A stretch of DNA of 64,000 nucleotides from Sodalis sp. (in: enterobacteria). GTDB lineage: Bacteria; Pseudomonadota; Gammaproteobacteria; Enterobacterales; Enterobacteriaceae. This document shows positions 10,189-23,075 of this stretch, one piece after another. The translations under genes were made by a program, and so were the position numbers. Location of the stretch: NCBI GenBank assembly GCA_052258065.1, contig JBQQPY010000002.1, positions 593,432 through 657,431 of the forward strand, written 5' to 3'. The first letter of the stretch is position 1, and each line of letters begins with the position of its first letter. Below the pieces are notes generated by a model, which was not told the origin of the DNA, made no database searches, and saw nothing but the letters and a program-made list of their open reading frames with translations.

Positions 10189-11363
10189 GCCTTTAATCAC
10201 ATATTAAATTAAAGATACTTAAGCTTGATACGAGCATTTTCGGCACTAAAATACTAATCAATCTTAGCGTTTATCTGGTCGCGTCATGTTCGCCAAGCGA
10301 TAACTTTACTTTTTAATGTATTCATCTTGTCAAGGCAATAATTCAGGCATTGGCCGATTATTATATGAAACTCAATTTTTATCATGTTTAGCGAACTCCT
10401 ATGTTTAGCTGCATGAACAAATTGAAAATGCCCTAACACAGTCTTGTTCTGATCCAGCAAGAAACCTCGGCATAACAAACCTGTATTATGGATGTTGAGA
10501 TTACTCATGATAAGCACAATTTGGTGCACGTAAAGATATTACGTTGAGATTTCCTTAAGAAAGTAAGCCTAATCGCTCCTGGTTTTATGCTCAGTTACTT
10601 TGGTTAACCGATGCCCGTTAACGGTTTGCTGCCTATGAAGACATTTCACACTCTCAAGCGGTTTGTGTTTGCAGTCCTTGCAAGCATGTTTTCCAAACCT
10701 CAACAGCAGTGCTACGCGTGCCTGTCCAATCAATTGACGAGGGGCCTTGTCCATGCAAACCAGCACATATATCGGGTCATAAGACTGACGATACACGTCT
10801 AGCACATCACCCATATCTGGAATGAATTCAGTATTGGCTTCTGGAGATATAACCCAGCCGATCTACGTTGACGATTTTAGTTCTTTTTTGGCTTCTTCTT
10901 TATTACGTAAGATTGTTTTGAAGTATTAAATTTCTACAGCTTTATTAACAAGGAGTTACAAGGTTTACTTCCCTCGTTCCTCTGTCAGCTCCTGCAGATT
11001 AACGTAATTAAATCTGCTTCTACATCACGATCTACACTGCGGTCATGCATCTGTTTGCTCAGTTTACGGCTCAGGACTGCCTCAAGCCATTCTTTAAAAT
11101 GAATGCTTAACTCGCTCGATCTTGCAAGCATCTATTTTTAAAATCTTAGCTAACGGCTCGCCATTCAGTCACTTTACACATTCAATTTATGTATCGCAAT
11201 TCAATAACATCAATATATTCACTACGTTCTGTGCGATATTCTTATCCTTTCTGATTAACGCTTTCAATTGAATTTTTTCCTAAATAATGTGTTTTCATTT
11301 CTCTATTTTTTAATATTTCTTCAGCTCTGGCAACAGATACTGTAACTGCTACGTGTTAAGACA
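10189..11363 (-). mobile_element. IS630-family type B, full length (~1,175 bp) but stop-riddled
   Basis: ORFs 10569..10814 (..DVLDVYRQSYDPIYVLVCMDKAPRQLIGQ..KVTEHKTRSD) and 10284..10529 (..NLNIHNTG..) lie in order. HTH relic at 11.0-11.2 kb. Imperfect TIRs are CTTTAATCACATA (10,19x) and TCTTAACACGTA (reverse complement of 11,35x). Confidence 0.75.
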
Positions 11364-11421
11364 TGAGAGAAAGACATAAAATTAGTAAAAAACTAAAAAA
11401 ATAAAATTAATGAGTTATAAG

Positions 11422-12427
11422 TAAACAAGGCTGATTATTTGTTAAATACAAAAAATTAGCACTATTTTTAAAAAACTTGGGTTTTATTTTGTACCAATAT
11501 TTAATAGATCGCAATAGAGTGTTACTACCCAATACTGATAGAGGCAATGCCTGCTTGTAAGGCCAGACATATCGGTACAGATTGATCTAAAGCGCTTTAC
11601 CGGAATAGAAGTGGCGGCTTTGAAATACATTTTCTATACGCTGATTCAATTGTTCGATCAATACCGTTTGCTTGTGTCTACATTATCGGGGAGGCTAAGA
11701 TGGCAATCTATATCATATCAAAGCTCTGCACATAAGCAGTCAAATCAATTTTCTTAGATATCTGAGTATTTTACAGATATAAAAAAGATCTGTAAATTCT
11801 TCAGAATTGTTTCTAAGTGCCCGATAAAAGTGATAGAACACGTTCGACTAAGATCATGCAAGAAACGTCATGCACTAGTCTCCGTCTTCGCTTTTTAGAT
11901 AAAAATACCTATAAAAGGCTATCTCGTGAGGTTTCATTTAATATTTTTAGAAGATATTTCACATCAATATGCAGGCAACCAGGCTTATGGCTTTTAAGCA
12001 CCCTGTCTTTTTTAGAGTTTGCTGCTTCATATCAGGTAAACCTCGTATATGCAAACAACGAGTGAGGACAGATCAAGATACGGTGGGGTTATAACAGCTC
12101 GTCCAATGCAAGAAGAGCGTCTTCCACAGGGAAATAGCCACTGGTTCCTGATCGGGCGCAGCGTTGTCTGAAAGCGTTAAGTAATATCAGTAATCCTGAA
12201 CATTATCTCGTTTTGCCATTTAGAAACGGTCTATTTAGAGATGCGATAAACGCTTAGCCAAAGTAGATATTAGAGCGTTTCTTGCTTAAGGAGCCGCTCT
12301 GCTTTTATGGGTACGGAGTTTAATTATTATTATATTTTATCCTCAACCTTAGCTTTAAGGAGCTATTTTTCTATGAATAGGACCGTGCAAGAGAGTCTAT
12401 ATAATAATCTTGAATCAGGCTTATTTA
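11422..12427 (-). mobile_element. IS481-family-like element, full length (1,006 bp) with 15-bp TIRs, coding frame decayed
   Basis: TAAACAAGGCTGATT at 11,422-11,436 and AATCAGGCTTATTTA at 12,413-12,427. Internal relics of QTNG..ERFN, ..HVD.. and ..FKA.. blocks and the HTH N-terminus lie in order on the minus strand. Confidence 0.75.
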
Positions 12428-12446
12428 AAAATAAATAAGCCTGATT
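12413..12446. repeat. Perfect 15-bp inverted repeat with a 4-nt spacer, formed by two abutted IS481 left termini
   Basis: AATCAGGCTTATTTA-AAAA-TAAATAAGCCTGATT. The right arm continues as a ~35-bp decayed left-end sequence. Confidence 0.8.
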
Positions 12447-12510
12447 TCCTTCCAAGACATAAAATATGAGCAGAGGAAAATCGCGTCAGCCTAGCCTGCG
12501 CGGCAGGCCG

Positions 12511-13791
12511 TTACAGTTTGGCAAAACTCTGTGCGGCGGCCTGCAGCGTGTAGCTAATCTCAGCGTCTCCGTGCGCTAGAGACATAAAGCCAGCTTCATA
12601 CGCCGACGGTGCAAGATAGATCCCTGCCGCCAGCATAGCATGGAAGAACCGCTTGAAGCGCTCCACATCGCACTTCTGTACGTCTCGGAAGCAGGTGACG
12701 CTCGGCAAATCGGTGAGAAACAGGCCGAACATGCCGCCGACTCGGTTAACCACTAGCGGCACGCCTGCTGACTTCGCCGCTGACAGCAGCCCCTGTGCCA
12801 GACGCTCTGTCTTCTGCGTTAACTGCTGATATACGCTAGGCCGGACGAGTTCGCGCAGGCAAGCGTAGCCGGCCGCCATGGCAACTGGATTGCCCGATAG
12901 GGTGCCTGCCTGATAGATGGGCCCCGTCGGCGCTAGCGCTGCCATCACCTTTCTGCAACCGCCAAAAGCGCCAACAGGCATGCCGCCGCCGATGATTTTG
13001 CCTAGACATGTTAAATCCGGTTTCACATCGTAATAAGCCTGCGCCCCGCCAAGAGCCACCCGGAAGCCGGTTATGACCTCATCCATAATTAACAGCGCAC
13101 CAAACTCATCGCAGAGCGCCCGCAGACCGGATAAAAATCCAGGCAGCGGCGGAACACAGTTCATATTCCCCGCCACCGGTTCGACGATAATGCAAGCGAT
13201 ATCGCGAGGATAAAGCGTGAACGCTTTCCGTACCGATTGCAAATCGTTATAACTGCAGCTGAGAGTATATTTTGTGTAATCGACCGGGATACCGGGAGAG
13301 CTGGACTGCCTCAGAGTGAGCACGCCAGATCCGGCCTTGACCAGCAGCCCATCCGCGTGACCGTGATAGCAACCCTCAAATTTAATCACTCTATCGCGGC
13401 CGGTATGGCCACGCGCGAGCCGGATGGCACTCATAGCAGCTTCAGTGCCCGAGTTGACCATGCGCACGCTCTCAATGGACGGCATGAGCTCGCTCAGTAA
13501 GCGCGCCATTTTTACTTCGATTTCAGTAGGTGCACCAAAGCTCAGGCCACGCTGTACAGCATCCAGTGCGGCCCGGCAGACGGCCGGATGGTTGTGACCC
13601 AGCACAATGGCGCCCCAAGAGCCAAGATAGTCAATATAGCTATTACCGTCGGCGTCGGTCATGCGAGCGCCGTCTGCGCTGGCGATAAAGAGTGGCGTGC
13701 CGCCAACGCCATTGAATGCGCGCACCGGTGAGTTTACCCCGCCAGGGATAAGCCGCCGCGCCTCGACGTACAAACTTGCGGAATGATTCAT
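12511..13791 (-). CDS. hemL: Glutamate-1-semialdehyde 2,1-aminomutase
   Basis: 426 aa, colinear with E. coli HemL. Shared blocks include ..[20 protein letters not shown].., ..[20 protein letters not shown].., ..[16 protein letters not shown].. and ..[14 protein letters not shown]... AGGAGC Shine-Dalgarno (SD) motif upstream of the ATG. Confidence 0.96.
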   Translation of the reverse strand: MNHSASLYVEARRLIPGGVNSPVRAFNGVGGTPLFIASADGARMTDADGNSYIDYLGSWGAIVLGHNHPAVCRAALDAVQRGLSFGAPTEIEVKMARLLSELMPSIESVRMVNSGTEAAMSAIRLARGHTGRDRVIKFEGCYHGHADGLLVKAGSGVLTLRQSSSPGIPVDYTKYTLSCSYNDLQSVRKAFTLYPRDIACIIVEPVAGNMNCVPPLPGFLSGLRALCDEFGALLIMDEVITGFRVALGGAQAYYDVKPDLTCLGKIIGGGMPVGAFGGCRKVMAALAPTGPIYQAGTLSGNPVAMAAGYACLRELVRPSVYQQLTQKTERLAQGLLSAAKSAGVPLVVNRVGGMFGLFLTDLPSVTCFRDVQKCDVERFKRFFHAMLAAGIYLAPSAYEAGFMSLAHGDAEISYTLQAAAQSFAKL

Positions 13792-14039
13792 TGATCAGCT
13801 CCTAAATAACAAAATAAAAAGAGTTATTAGCAAGTTTTTGTATGCCGATGAGGCTAACTTCAGTTCTGATGTTTTCTGAATCTGTTCTTTATTATTCTTA
13901 AATGGGACGTTGTTTACTAAACAGTATAGCAGATTAAATCTTCTTAATAGGTTATAGCTTTTCTAAATAGAAAAGAGTAGCTTAAATTATATTACAATTG
14001 TACAGTTCAAATAATGTAGTAGGAACCGCGCTATTGAAT

Positions 14040-14215
14040 CTTATTCTGTTGCCGCTACGATTTCTATCCTTAGGTGCTTTAATATAACATCGCCAATATC
14101 CATCTGTATAGTTTTCTTTGGCAAATGACCATTACGGATGACGGAATAACGCTCGTAATCAAGGAGGCGTTCAGCATATTGTTGCAGCCTGATTTCAAGC
14201 GTATATCAGCTGCTT
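14040..14215 (-). mobile_element. IS256-family transposase fragment
   Basis: Reverse-complement translation ..YAERLLDYERYSVIRNGHLPKKTIQMDIGDVILKHLRIEIVAATE* resembles the IS256 block VVRNG.LPER.I.TG.G.V.VK.P.VRDR. Confidence 0.55.
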
Positions 14216-14539
14216 GGCATCATTATTACGAATGCATTTATGAAAATAATAAAAAATTATATCTAGTTACAGCAATGCTCGTAAGGTAAACTTTTTCATG
14301 GTGTATTGTTTCAATCATCTATGAAATTAATCAGCAGACTATGCTGCCCTCTCTGCTCCTAAACCAGAAGCGAGCACCATTCAATTAAACTTAACTGTCA
14401 TAAAAAACTAGCATAGTTTTAGAGTTTATTTTGTACTAAAAACGCCATCACTCAAACTATTGCATTAATTTACCATAAAAATTACTACAATTTTTTATTA
14501 CAGCTGGGTGTAGAGCTAAATAGATAAAAATCGCTTAAG

Positions 14540-16651
<2,112 letters not shown>

Positions 16652-16704
16652 TATGGTAGTTTTTAACTAATTGAGGTTTTATTGTTTATTAATGTTTAAT
16701 AAAC

Positions 16705-17225
16705 TGCAATCGAGCTTTATTTCTATTTTATCCCGGATTATTATACAGACCCTCCTTGCACACACAGGCTTACCTATAGAAAGATGTCTGCTTATTAACG
16801 ATATGATTAATAGTAAAATACTATAATGATTATGCTTTATCATCAGGCAACTGCAACACATCAAATCAGAGGGGCTTTTCAGGCAAACAACGAGCCAGTA
16901 TCTACTTTAGCTAAGCGTTATAATATCTCTATACTTAACGTTTCCAAATAGCAAAATAGTATTGAAGATCATAAACATATTCTTTATTTCTTCAGATAAC
17001 GCTGTCACTCGCTCAGTAGACAGTAACCGTTTCCTTGCGGAAAACTCCTTTTCCCAATAGACGCTTAGCTGATGGTTGTACATGAATTCTTGAACCCCTG
17101 TATCTTGATCTGGCCCGAATCGCTGTTTATGCAGGCATAGATTGAATGCGTTTGCATGGTGTTAAGGAGAGAGCCCCAACACTAAAACACAAAGCATTTA
17201 AATCTATGAGTCTAGCGCCTTAACA
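16705..17225 (+). mobile_element. IS481-family-like element, 5' half, cut by an IS630-B insertion
   Basis: Left-end block CCCGGATTATTATACAGAC.., then the HTH relic, ..EFLNP.. and ..FKSMSLAP. The IS630-B left-end sequence starts at 17,226. Confidence 0.6.
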
Positions 17226-18420
17226 CGTTATATTATTACCCTTACATCGAAAGAAAGAACGCAGATGAAAGCGTTAGTCAGAAAGTGTAAGCATATTGTA
17301 AAGAACTTTATTAATATATTAATTTATAAATTACAATATATTAATTTGATACGTAAAGCGATCGACCGATAGAAGGTTAGCTGAGATTTTACAAATAGGC
17401 GCCTGCAATATCAATCGGGTTAATTATTGTTTTGTCAAAGAAGAATTTAAGATGGTCATAAGTCGTAACCGCGCAAACTAATATAATAACTACATTGTGA
17501 ATAGCAATACCGTAGCGCATTTAATTGCGGCTAGGCTGCAGCGAGATGCCAGAGAAATACGGATGGTGAACCTTGCAGCTGCCTATCGATAAAGCTCTAG
17601 AACTGCAATAAGTTAAAATGATCTCGCGTACAACAGGTAGGCACACACTAAAAAAACGAACTGAAGCCGTGGACGAAAAGCAGCGGGGTTATAACTGCTA
17701 AAACCTAATAACGAATTCGTTACAGCCATGCTGAATGCGCTGGATATCTATCGTCGGTTTTATGGCCCGATCTATCCGGTTATTTTACAGTATACTATCG
17801 CTCATTAATTGATTAGATACACACGCGCGACATTGTCGTTGAAGCCTGGAAAACCTACTTTATAGGACTATAAATACAAACGCTGGGTGCCTGCAATGTC
17901 TTCATGGCCAGTAAGCTGTTAGTGCGTGCTCGTCTGAGCAAGTCATAGAACGCAGATCGATTATGCTTACTTTATCAAAGAATAAAGGAACATATTATCA
18001 TTGGAAGAAAGAAATCAATCGTTAGTTAGTAAGAGCAAGCATGCGCACAGAAAGTTGTAGATACATTAATCTTATTGAATTTTAATAAATTAATCATATG
18101 TCTAAAGTGCCTAGCGGCAAGACGTTAACCGAAATTTTATAAATGTCGACCCCATTCTCGGATTCGCCTGGCTATGCATCCAGCGATGCATCCGTCATTT
18201 CTATGGACGAAACCTTTAATTCATTGATTGGACATATACGCATAGCGCTACCATTGAGGCCCGGAAAACCTGCTTGGGAGGACTATAAATAACAAAAGGC
18301 TATAGTATGTAATGTCTTAAGATCTAGTGCGCCATTGTCGGGTCCGTCACTCAACTCAAGTGACTGAGCACAAAAAGCATAGAAAGAGCACAGAAACAGG
18401 ATTGATTAGACTTACTTTAT
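17226..18420 (+). mobile_element. IS630-family type B, two successive decayed partial copies
   Basis: ..LAEILQIGA.., ..NEFVTAMLNALDIYRRFYGPIYPV.., then a second ..LTEIL*M.. and ..SLIGHIRIALPLRPGKP..KVTEHKK.. series. Confidence 0.55.
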
Positions 18421-18429
18421 TACCTGACC

Positions 18430-19270
18430 ACAAACCTTGCTCAGCTATACGGGCTGTATCGGAGGGGGTAAAGCAAAGATAAATAAGAATTGCATCTTTA
18501 GCGTTAATAACTGCTTATACCATCAACTGTATCAGTAAATAAATTATCCACTATCAGGATATTCCATGCCAGGAGTTAAGGAGTCAGCATCTTTTCTACA
18601 TAATCAAGGAAGGCATATTATCCGGTCATTGCTCTATCGAGCAACATAGTTGCACTTAATCTAGATGGATGTAGACTAATGGTAAGTTTTATCATTTCCT
18701 CGTCGGCTCGTCGGATATCAATCCGGCATTATTGACTTTGTCTTCTAAAGCTCTTTAACTTACTAATATTTTTCGTTGTTGCTGTTTCGTCAATGAAAAT
18801 GCCCCTCTCTTGTAAAAACAAGACATTTCTTTAGACTATAATTTTCGTAAATGAATTACATCGTTGCGCTCTTACTGATTGGCATTTACCGTATTTTTAA
18901 CCGTTATCATGTGGCGGCGAAAATCGCGATAGAATTGTAAGACTCGCTTGAATTCTAAAAGTACTTTTCAGGGAGATCTGTATTTTAAATAAGGCTTAAG
19001 CACAAGATTCATCAATAAGCGCCAAGATAAAATTAGAATACGTATCAATTTTTAATCCACGATTCGGGTTTTCTCTAGGTCTAGGATGTAACTTCTGGTC
19101 TGACGGAATTGCTTACTCTAACACACCGAAACAGAAGAGTTTATTTTATATCTATGTGCCGCTTCGTCTTTAGATTTACCTGACTCAATCAATTTGATTA
19201 TTTACTATCTTCATTCCTCACTTTAATAAAATTCTATTTAGACCTTAGAAAAATTAGCCATAGCATAAGG
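18430..19270 (-). mobile_element. IS630-family type C, decayed, with its 5' terminus inside the cyoE 3' end
   Basis: Colinear with the copies at 5,228-6,165 and 63,082-63,975. The terminal sequence ..GACCTTAGAAAAATTAGCCATAGCATA supplies the last 9 codons and the stop of the cyoE reading frame. Confidence 0.7.
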
Positions 19271-20125
19271 CACCATAACGTCGACCGATATCATGACACT
19301 CAGCGAGGCAATAGCGACGATCGAAAAGATAAACAGCTTACGCACCCAGATCTTATCATTATTGGCAGACCTGTAACCCTGTAACGCCATGCCTAACCAC
19401 CAAGCGCTGACCGAGATGGCAACAATTAGGTATCTGCAGCCAGCATAACCGCCCAGCGTTAACATCAGCGTCGCCACCATAAACGCGATAATATACAAAG
19501 TAATATGGTGTTTAGTGATTAAAATGCCGCGTTTTATCGGCAAGACCGGAATTGATGCTGCCTGATAATCCTAGAAACGAAAGATGGCGATCGCATAAGA
19601 ATGTGGCATTTGCCATAGGCTAAAAATCAGCAGCAAAATTAACGCACCAGTATCGAATCAGTCGCTAACGGCACAGTATCCAATCACCGGCGGCGCGGCT
19701 CTGGATAGACTGCCAATAAGCGCACCGTAAACAGATTTTCGCTTCATATACAGGCTGTATAGGCCAACGTAGATAATAAATCCTATTATGGCCAGCCACA
19801 TGGCTAGCGGATTGGGCGCCAGATCCAGTATCGCAAAACCAGCAATACCCAGCACTGTAGCGTAAACCAGACTAACTTTTACAGAAATTAATCCTTTCAC
19901 CAAGACCCTGTTTTTGGTCCTTTCCATTTTCCAATCAATGTCACGATCAATATAGTTATTAAAAACGCAACCCGAGGCAACTACTAGGGATACACCGATC
20001 AGCATAGCGAGAAACAGGGAATAGTCGATCTGACCCTTTGCAGCTAATAAAAATCCCCTAATGACAAAAATGAGATTACCACCAATAATTCCTTGTTTTG
20101 TTACTTGTAGATATTGTTTAATCAT
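19238..20125 (-). pseudogene. cyoE: Heme O synthase (protoheme IX farnesyltransferase), inactivated
   Basis: ORFs 19658..20125 and 19238..19543 are in the same frame and colinear with E. coli CyoE. They are separated by in-frame TGA (19660..19658) and TAG (19573..19571). The sequence between them still reads [28 protein letters not shown]. The C-terminus is replaced by an IS end. Confidence 0.9.
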
Positions 20126-20140
20126 TACCTGTGCGCTCTA

Positions 20141-20473
20141 TTAGTAGCCCATCAAATTGTAGTTGAGGTGCCATATAATCCACAAGGAGCCGACTACCAA
20201 GATTGCGATGATCATCATCGTAAATATAAAGGCTATCAGGCTCCACTGCTGCTCAGACGACGTATTGAGGTGCAGGAAATATACTAGATGCAGGATAATC
20301 TGCACCACGGCGCAAATGACCAGCACCGCTATCAGTGTAGTTTCGGTGGCAGAGCCCTGCATCACGATGCCGAACGGAATTACCGTTAGGATAATAGAAA
20401 GAATAAAACCAATCAAATAGGACTTATGGCTACCGTGGCTGGTACTGGTATGCCCTGCGGATGCATGACTCAT
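20141..20473 (-). CDS. cyoD: Cytochrome bo3 ubiquinol oxidase subunit IV
   Basis: 110 aa from ATG 20473 ([44 protein letters not shown]), colinear with E. coli CyoD. TGATG overlap with the cyoC stop. The longer ORF 20141..20710 is an out-of-frame run through cyoC. Confidence 0.9.
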   Translation of the reverse strand: MSHASAGHTSTSHGSHKSYLIGFILSIILTVIPFGIVMQGSATETTLIAVLVICAVVQIILHLVYFLHLNTSSEQQWSLIAFIFTMMIIAILVVGSLWIIWHLNYNLMGY

Positions 20474-21087
20474 CAAAGTGCCCCCATTAAATACACCACG
20501 GTAAAGACGCAAATCCAAACCAGGTCTAGAAAGTGCCAGAATAGGCTCAAGCACTGCAAACGGATTTGGTTGACTGGAGTCAGACCACGGCAGGAGACCT
20601 GAACCATCATTACCAGAATCCAGATAAGGCCGGAGATGATATGCAGACCGTGGGTGCCCACTAGCGTAAAAAATCCGGAAAGGAAAGCGCTGTGATCCGG
20701 GCCATAGCATTCCGCAATCAAGTAATGAAATTCGTACAGCTCCATGCAGATAAAACCAAAACCGAACAGAAAGGTTAGACCTAGCCAGACGTTGACCCGG
20801 CTCTTATCGCCGCGGTACATGGCTAAAATCGCCATACCGTAGGTGATACTGCTAAACAGCAGGAAGAAGGTTTCAATCAGAACACACGGCAGCTCGAAAA
20901 TCTCTTTACCCGTGGGTCCGCCCGCCACGCTATTTCTCAGAACGGCATAGGTGGCAAATAGGGTTGCGAATAGAATACAGTCGCTCATCAGGTAGAGCCA
21001 GAAGCCAAATATTTTGTTAGCTCCTGCATCGTGGTATCCATGCTCGGCATGGTCTGTATCATAATTAAATAGAATCTTAGTTGACAT
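20473..21087 (-). CDS. cyoC: Cytochrome bo3 ubiquinol oxidase subunit III
   Basis: 204 aa, the same length as E. coli CyoC. Shared blocks include ..[23 protein letters not shown].. and ..[24 protein letters not shown]... Confidence 0.93.
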   Translation of the reverse strand: MSTKILFNYDTDHAEHGYHDAGANKIFGFWLYLMSDCILFATLFATYAVLRNSVAGGPTGKEIFELPCVLIETFFLLFSSITYGMAILAMYRGDKSRVNVWLGLTFLFGFGFICMELYEFHYLIAECYGPDHSAFLSGFFTLVGTHGLHIISGLIWILVMMVQVSCRGLTPVNQIRLQCLSLFWHFLDLVWICVFTVVYLMGAL

Positions 21088-23070
21088 TCTTCACGCCTGA
21101 TTCACTGATTTGATCAAAATACCGATTCTCAATACGTTCGATTTCTTCTACCGGCACGTAATAATCCACGTTTTCATTGAAGCTCTGGATTATCCAGGTC
21201 GCGATCATGCCGACAAACCCGACGATCGCCAGCCACCAGATATGCCAGATTAAGGAAAACCCAAATACCAAGCTGAAGGCAGCGATAATCACGCCGGCGC
21301 AGGTGTTTTTCGGCATATGGATAGACTCATAGGCCAGTGGCTTTTTATAAGCGGTGCCTTCCTCTTTCATCTGCCAGAATGCATCAAGCTGATTGTTTAC
21401 TTCCGGTAAGACGGCGAAGTTATAGAATGGCGGGGGGAGGAAGTCGCCCATTCTAGAGTACGGCCGCCCCACGGATCACCCGTCATGTCGCGGTTTTTTT
21501 CGCGATCGCGCACGCTGACCAGAATCTGGATAACTTGGCACAGGATACCCAGCGCGATAAGCGCAGCACCAGCGGCGGCCACCATCAGCAGCGGGTGGAA
21601 AACGGGATCGATCTGCTGGCTCAAACGGCGGGTCATCCCCATAAAGCCTAGTACATACAGAGGTATAAACGCGATATAGAATCCGATAATCCAGAACCAG
21701 AAAGCGCGCCTCCCCCAGGTTTCGTTCAGGGTATAGCCGAAGGCTTTCGGAAACCAGTAGTTCATTGCCGCAAAGCAGCCAAATACCACGCCACCGATAA
21801 TGACGTTATGGAAATGGGCAATTAAAAATAGGCTGTTGTGCAGCACGAAGTCGGCGCCCGGCACCGCCAGCAGCACGCCGGTCATCCCGCCGATAGAGAA
21901 GGTGATGATGAAGCCTACGGTCCACAGCATCGCCGAGTTAAACACTACGCGCCCCTGATAAAGAGTGAACAGCCAGTTGAAAATCTTTACTCCGGTCGGG
22001 ATAGCGATAATCATGGTCATTATGCCGAAGAAAGCGTTAACGTTGGCGCCGGACCCCATAGTGAAGAAGTGATGCAGCCAAACGCAGAACGACAGCACGG
22101 TAATGACAATGGTCGCCCATACCAGAGAGGTGTAGCCGAACAAGCGTTTTTTCGAAAAAGCTGCCACCACTTCCGAAAAAACACCAAACACCGGCAATAC
22201 TAGGATATACACTTCCGGGTGACCCCAAGCCCAGAACAGGTTCACGTACATCATCACATTGCCACCCATATCATTCGTAAAGAAATGGGTACCCAAATAG
22301 CGATCCAGGGTCAAGAGCGCGATAGTCACGGTTAAAATCGGAAACGCTGCAATGATCAGCACGTTAGTACACAGCGCAGTCCAGGTGAAGACAGGCATTT
22401 TCATCATCGGCATGCCAGGGGCGCGCATGCGAAGAATGGTGGTCAAGAAATTAATTCCGGTCAGGGTGGTACCGATACCGGCTATTTGAATACTCCAGAT
22501 CCAGTAATCCACTCCAACGCCAGGGCTGTACTCTTTTCCTGCTAGCGGAGGATAAGCTACCCAGCCGGTTTGGGCAAATTCACCCACGCAGAGGGACAGG
22601 TTGATAAGGATTGCGCCGACGACGAAGAGCCAGAAACTCAGGGAGTTCAGGAAAGGAAAGGCAACGTCACGCGCGCCGATTTGCAGCGGTACCGCTAGGT
22701 TCATCAGGCCAACCACAAAGGGCATCGCCATAAAGATTATCATGATGACGCCGTGGACGGTCACCACCTGATCATAATGATGAGGCGGCAGAAAGCCTGC
22801 TTCGCTCGCCGAGGCCAGCGCCTGCTGCAAGCGCATCATTATGGCATCGGTGAAGCCGCGCAGCAACATCACAAACGCCATGATTATGTACATAATACCG
22901 ATTTTCTTATGATCTACCGAGGTGAGCCATTCTTGCCAAAGATATTGCCATTTAGCAAAGTAGCTAATTGCGGCTACTAGCGCTAGACTAATTACAATGA
23001 TAGCGGCAACAGTTATCATAATAATCGGTTCATGGTACGGCACTGAATCAAACGTTAATTTTCCAAACAT
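21077..23070 (-). pseudogene. cyoB: Cytochrome bo3 ubiquinol oxidase subunit I with a single frameshift
   Basis: ORF 21397..23070 (557 aa) and ORF 21077..21472 together are colinear with E. coli CyoB. The frames switch at ..LEWATSSP|PPFYNF.., inside a C6 run on the coding strand (G6 at 21,432-21,437 on +). C7 would restore the frame. Confidence 0.9.
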
Positions 23071-23075
23071 CGCTA

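Noticed and set aside
9740-10200. Possible CRISPR-like or tandem-repeat array in AT-rich DNA (also at 37,262-37,405 and 53,000-53,560)
   Set aside because: The repeated blocks are IS1595-type terminal sequences in varying orientation and spacing. There is no regular repeat-spacer periodicity and no cas genes.
21838-22980. Plus-strand ORFs of 121 aa, 75 aa and others inside cyoB
   Set aside because: These are antisense frames within a GC-rich conserved gene. Their Arg/His/Gly-rich composition is typical of spurious opposite-strand ORFs.
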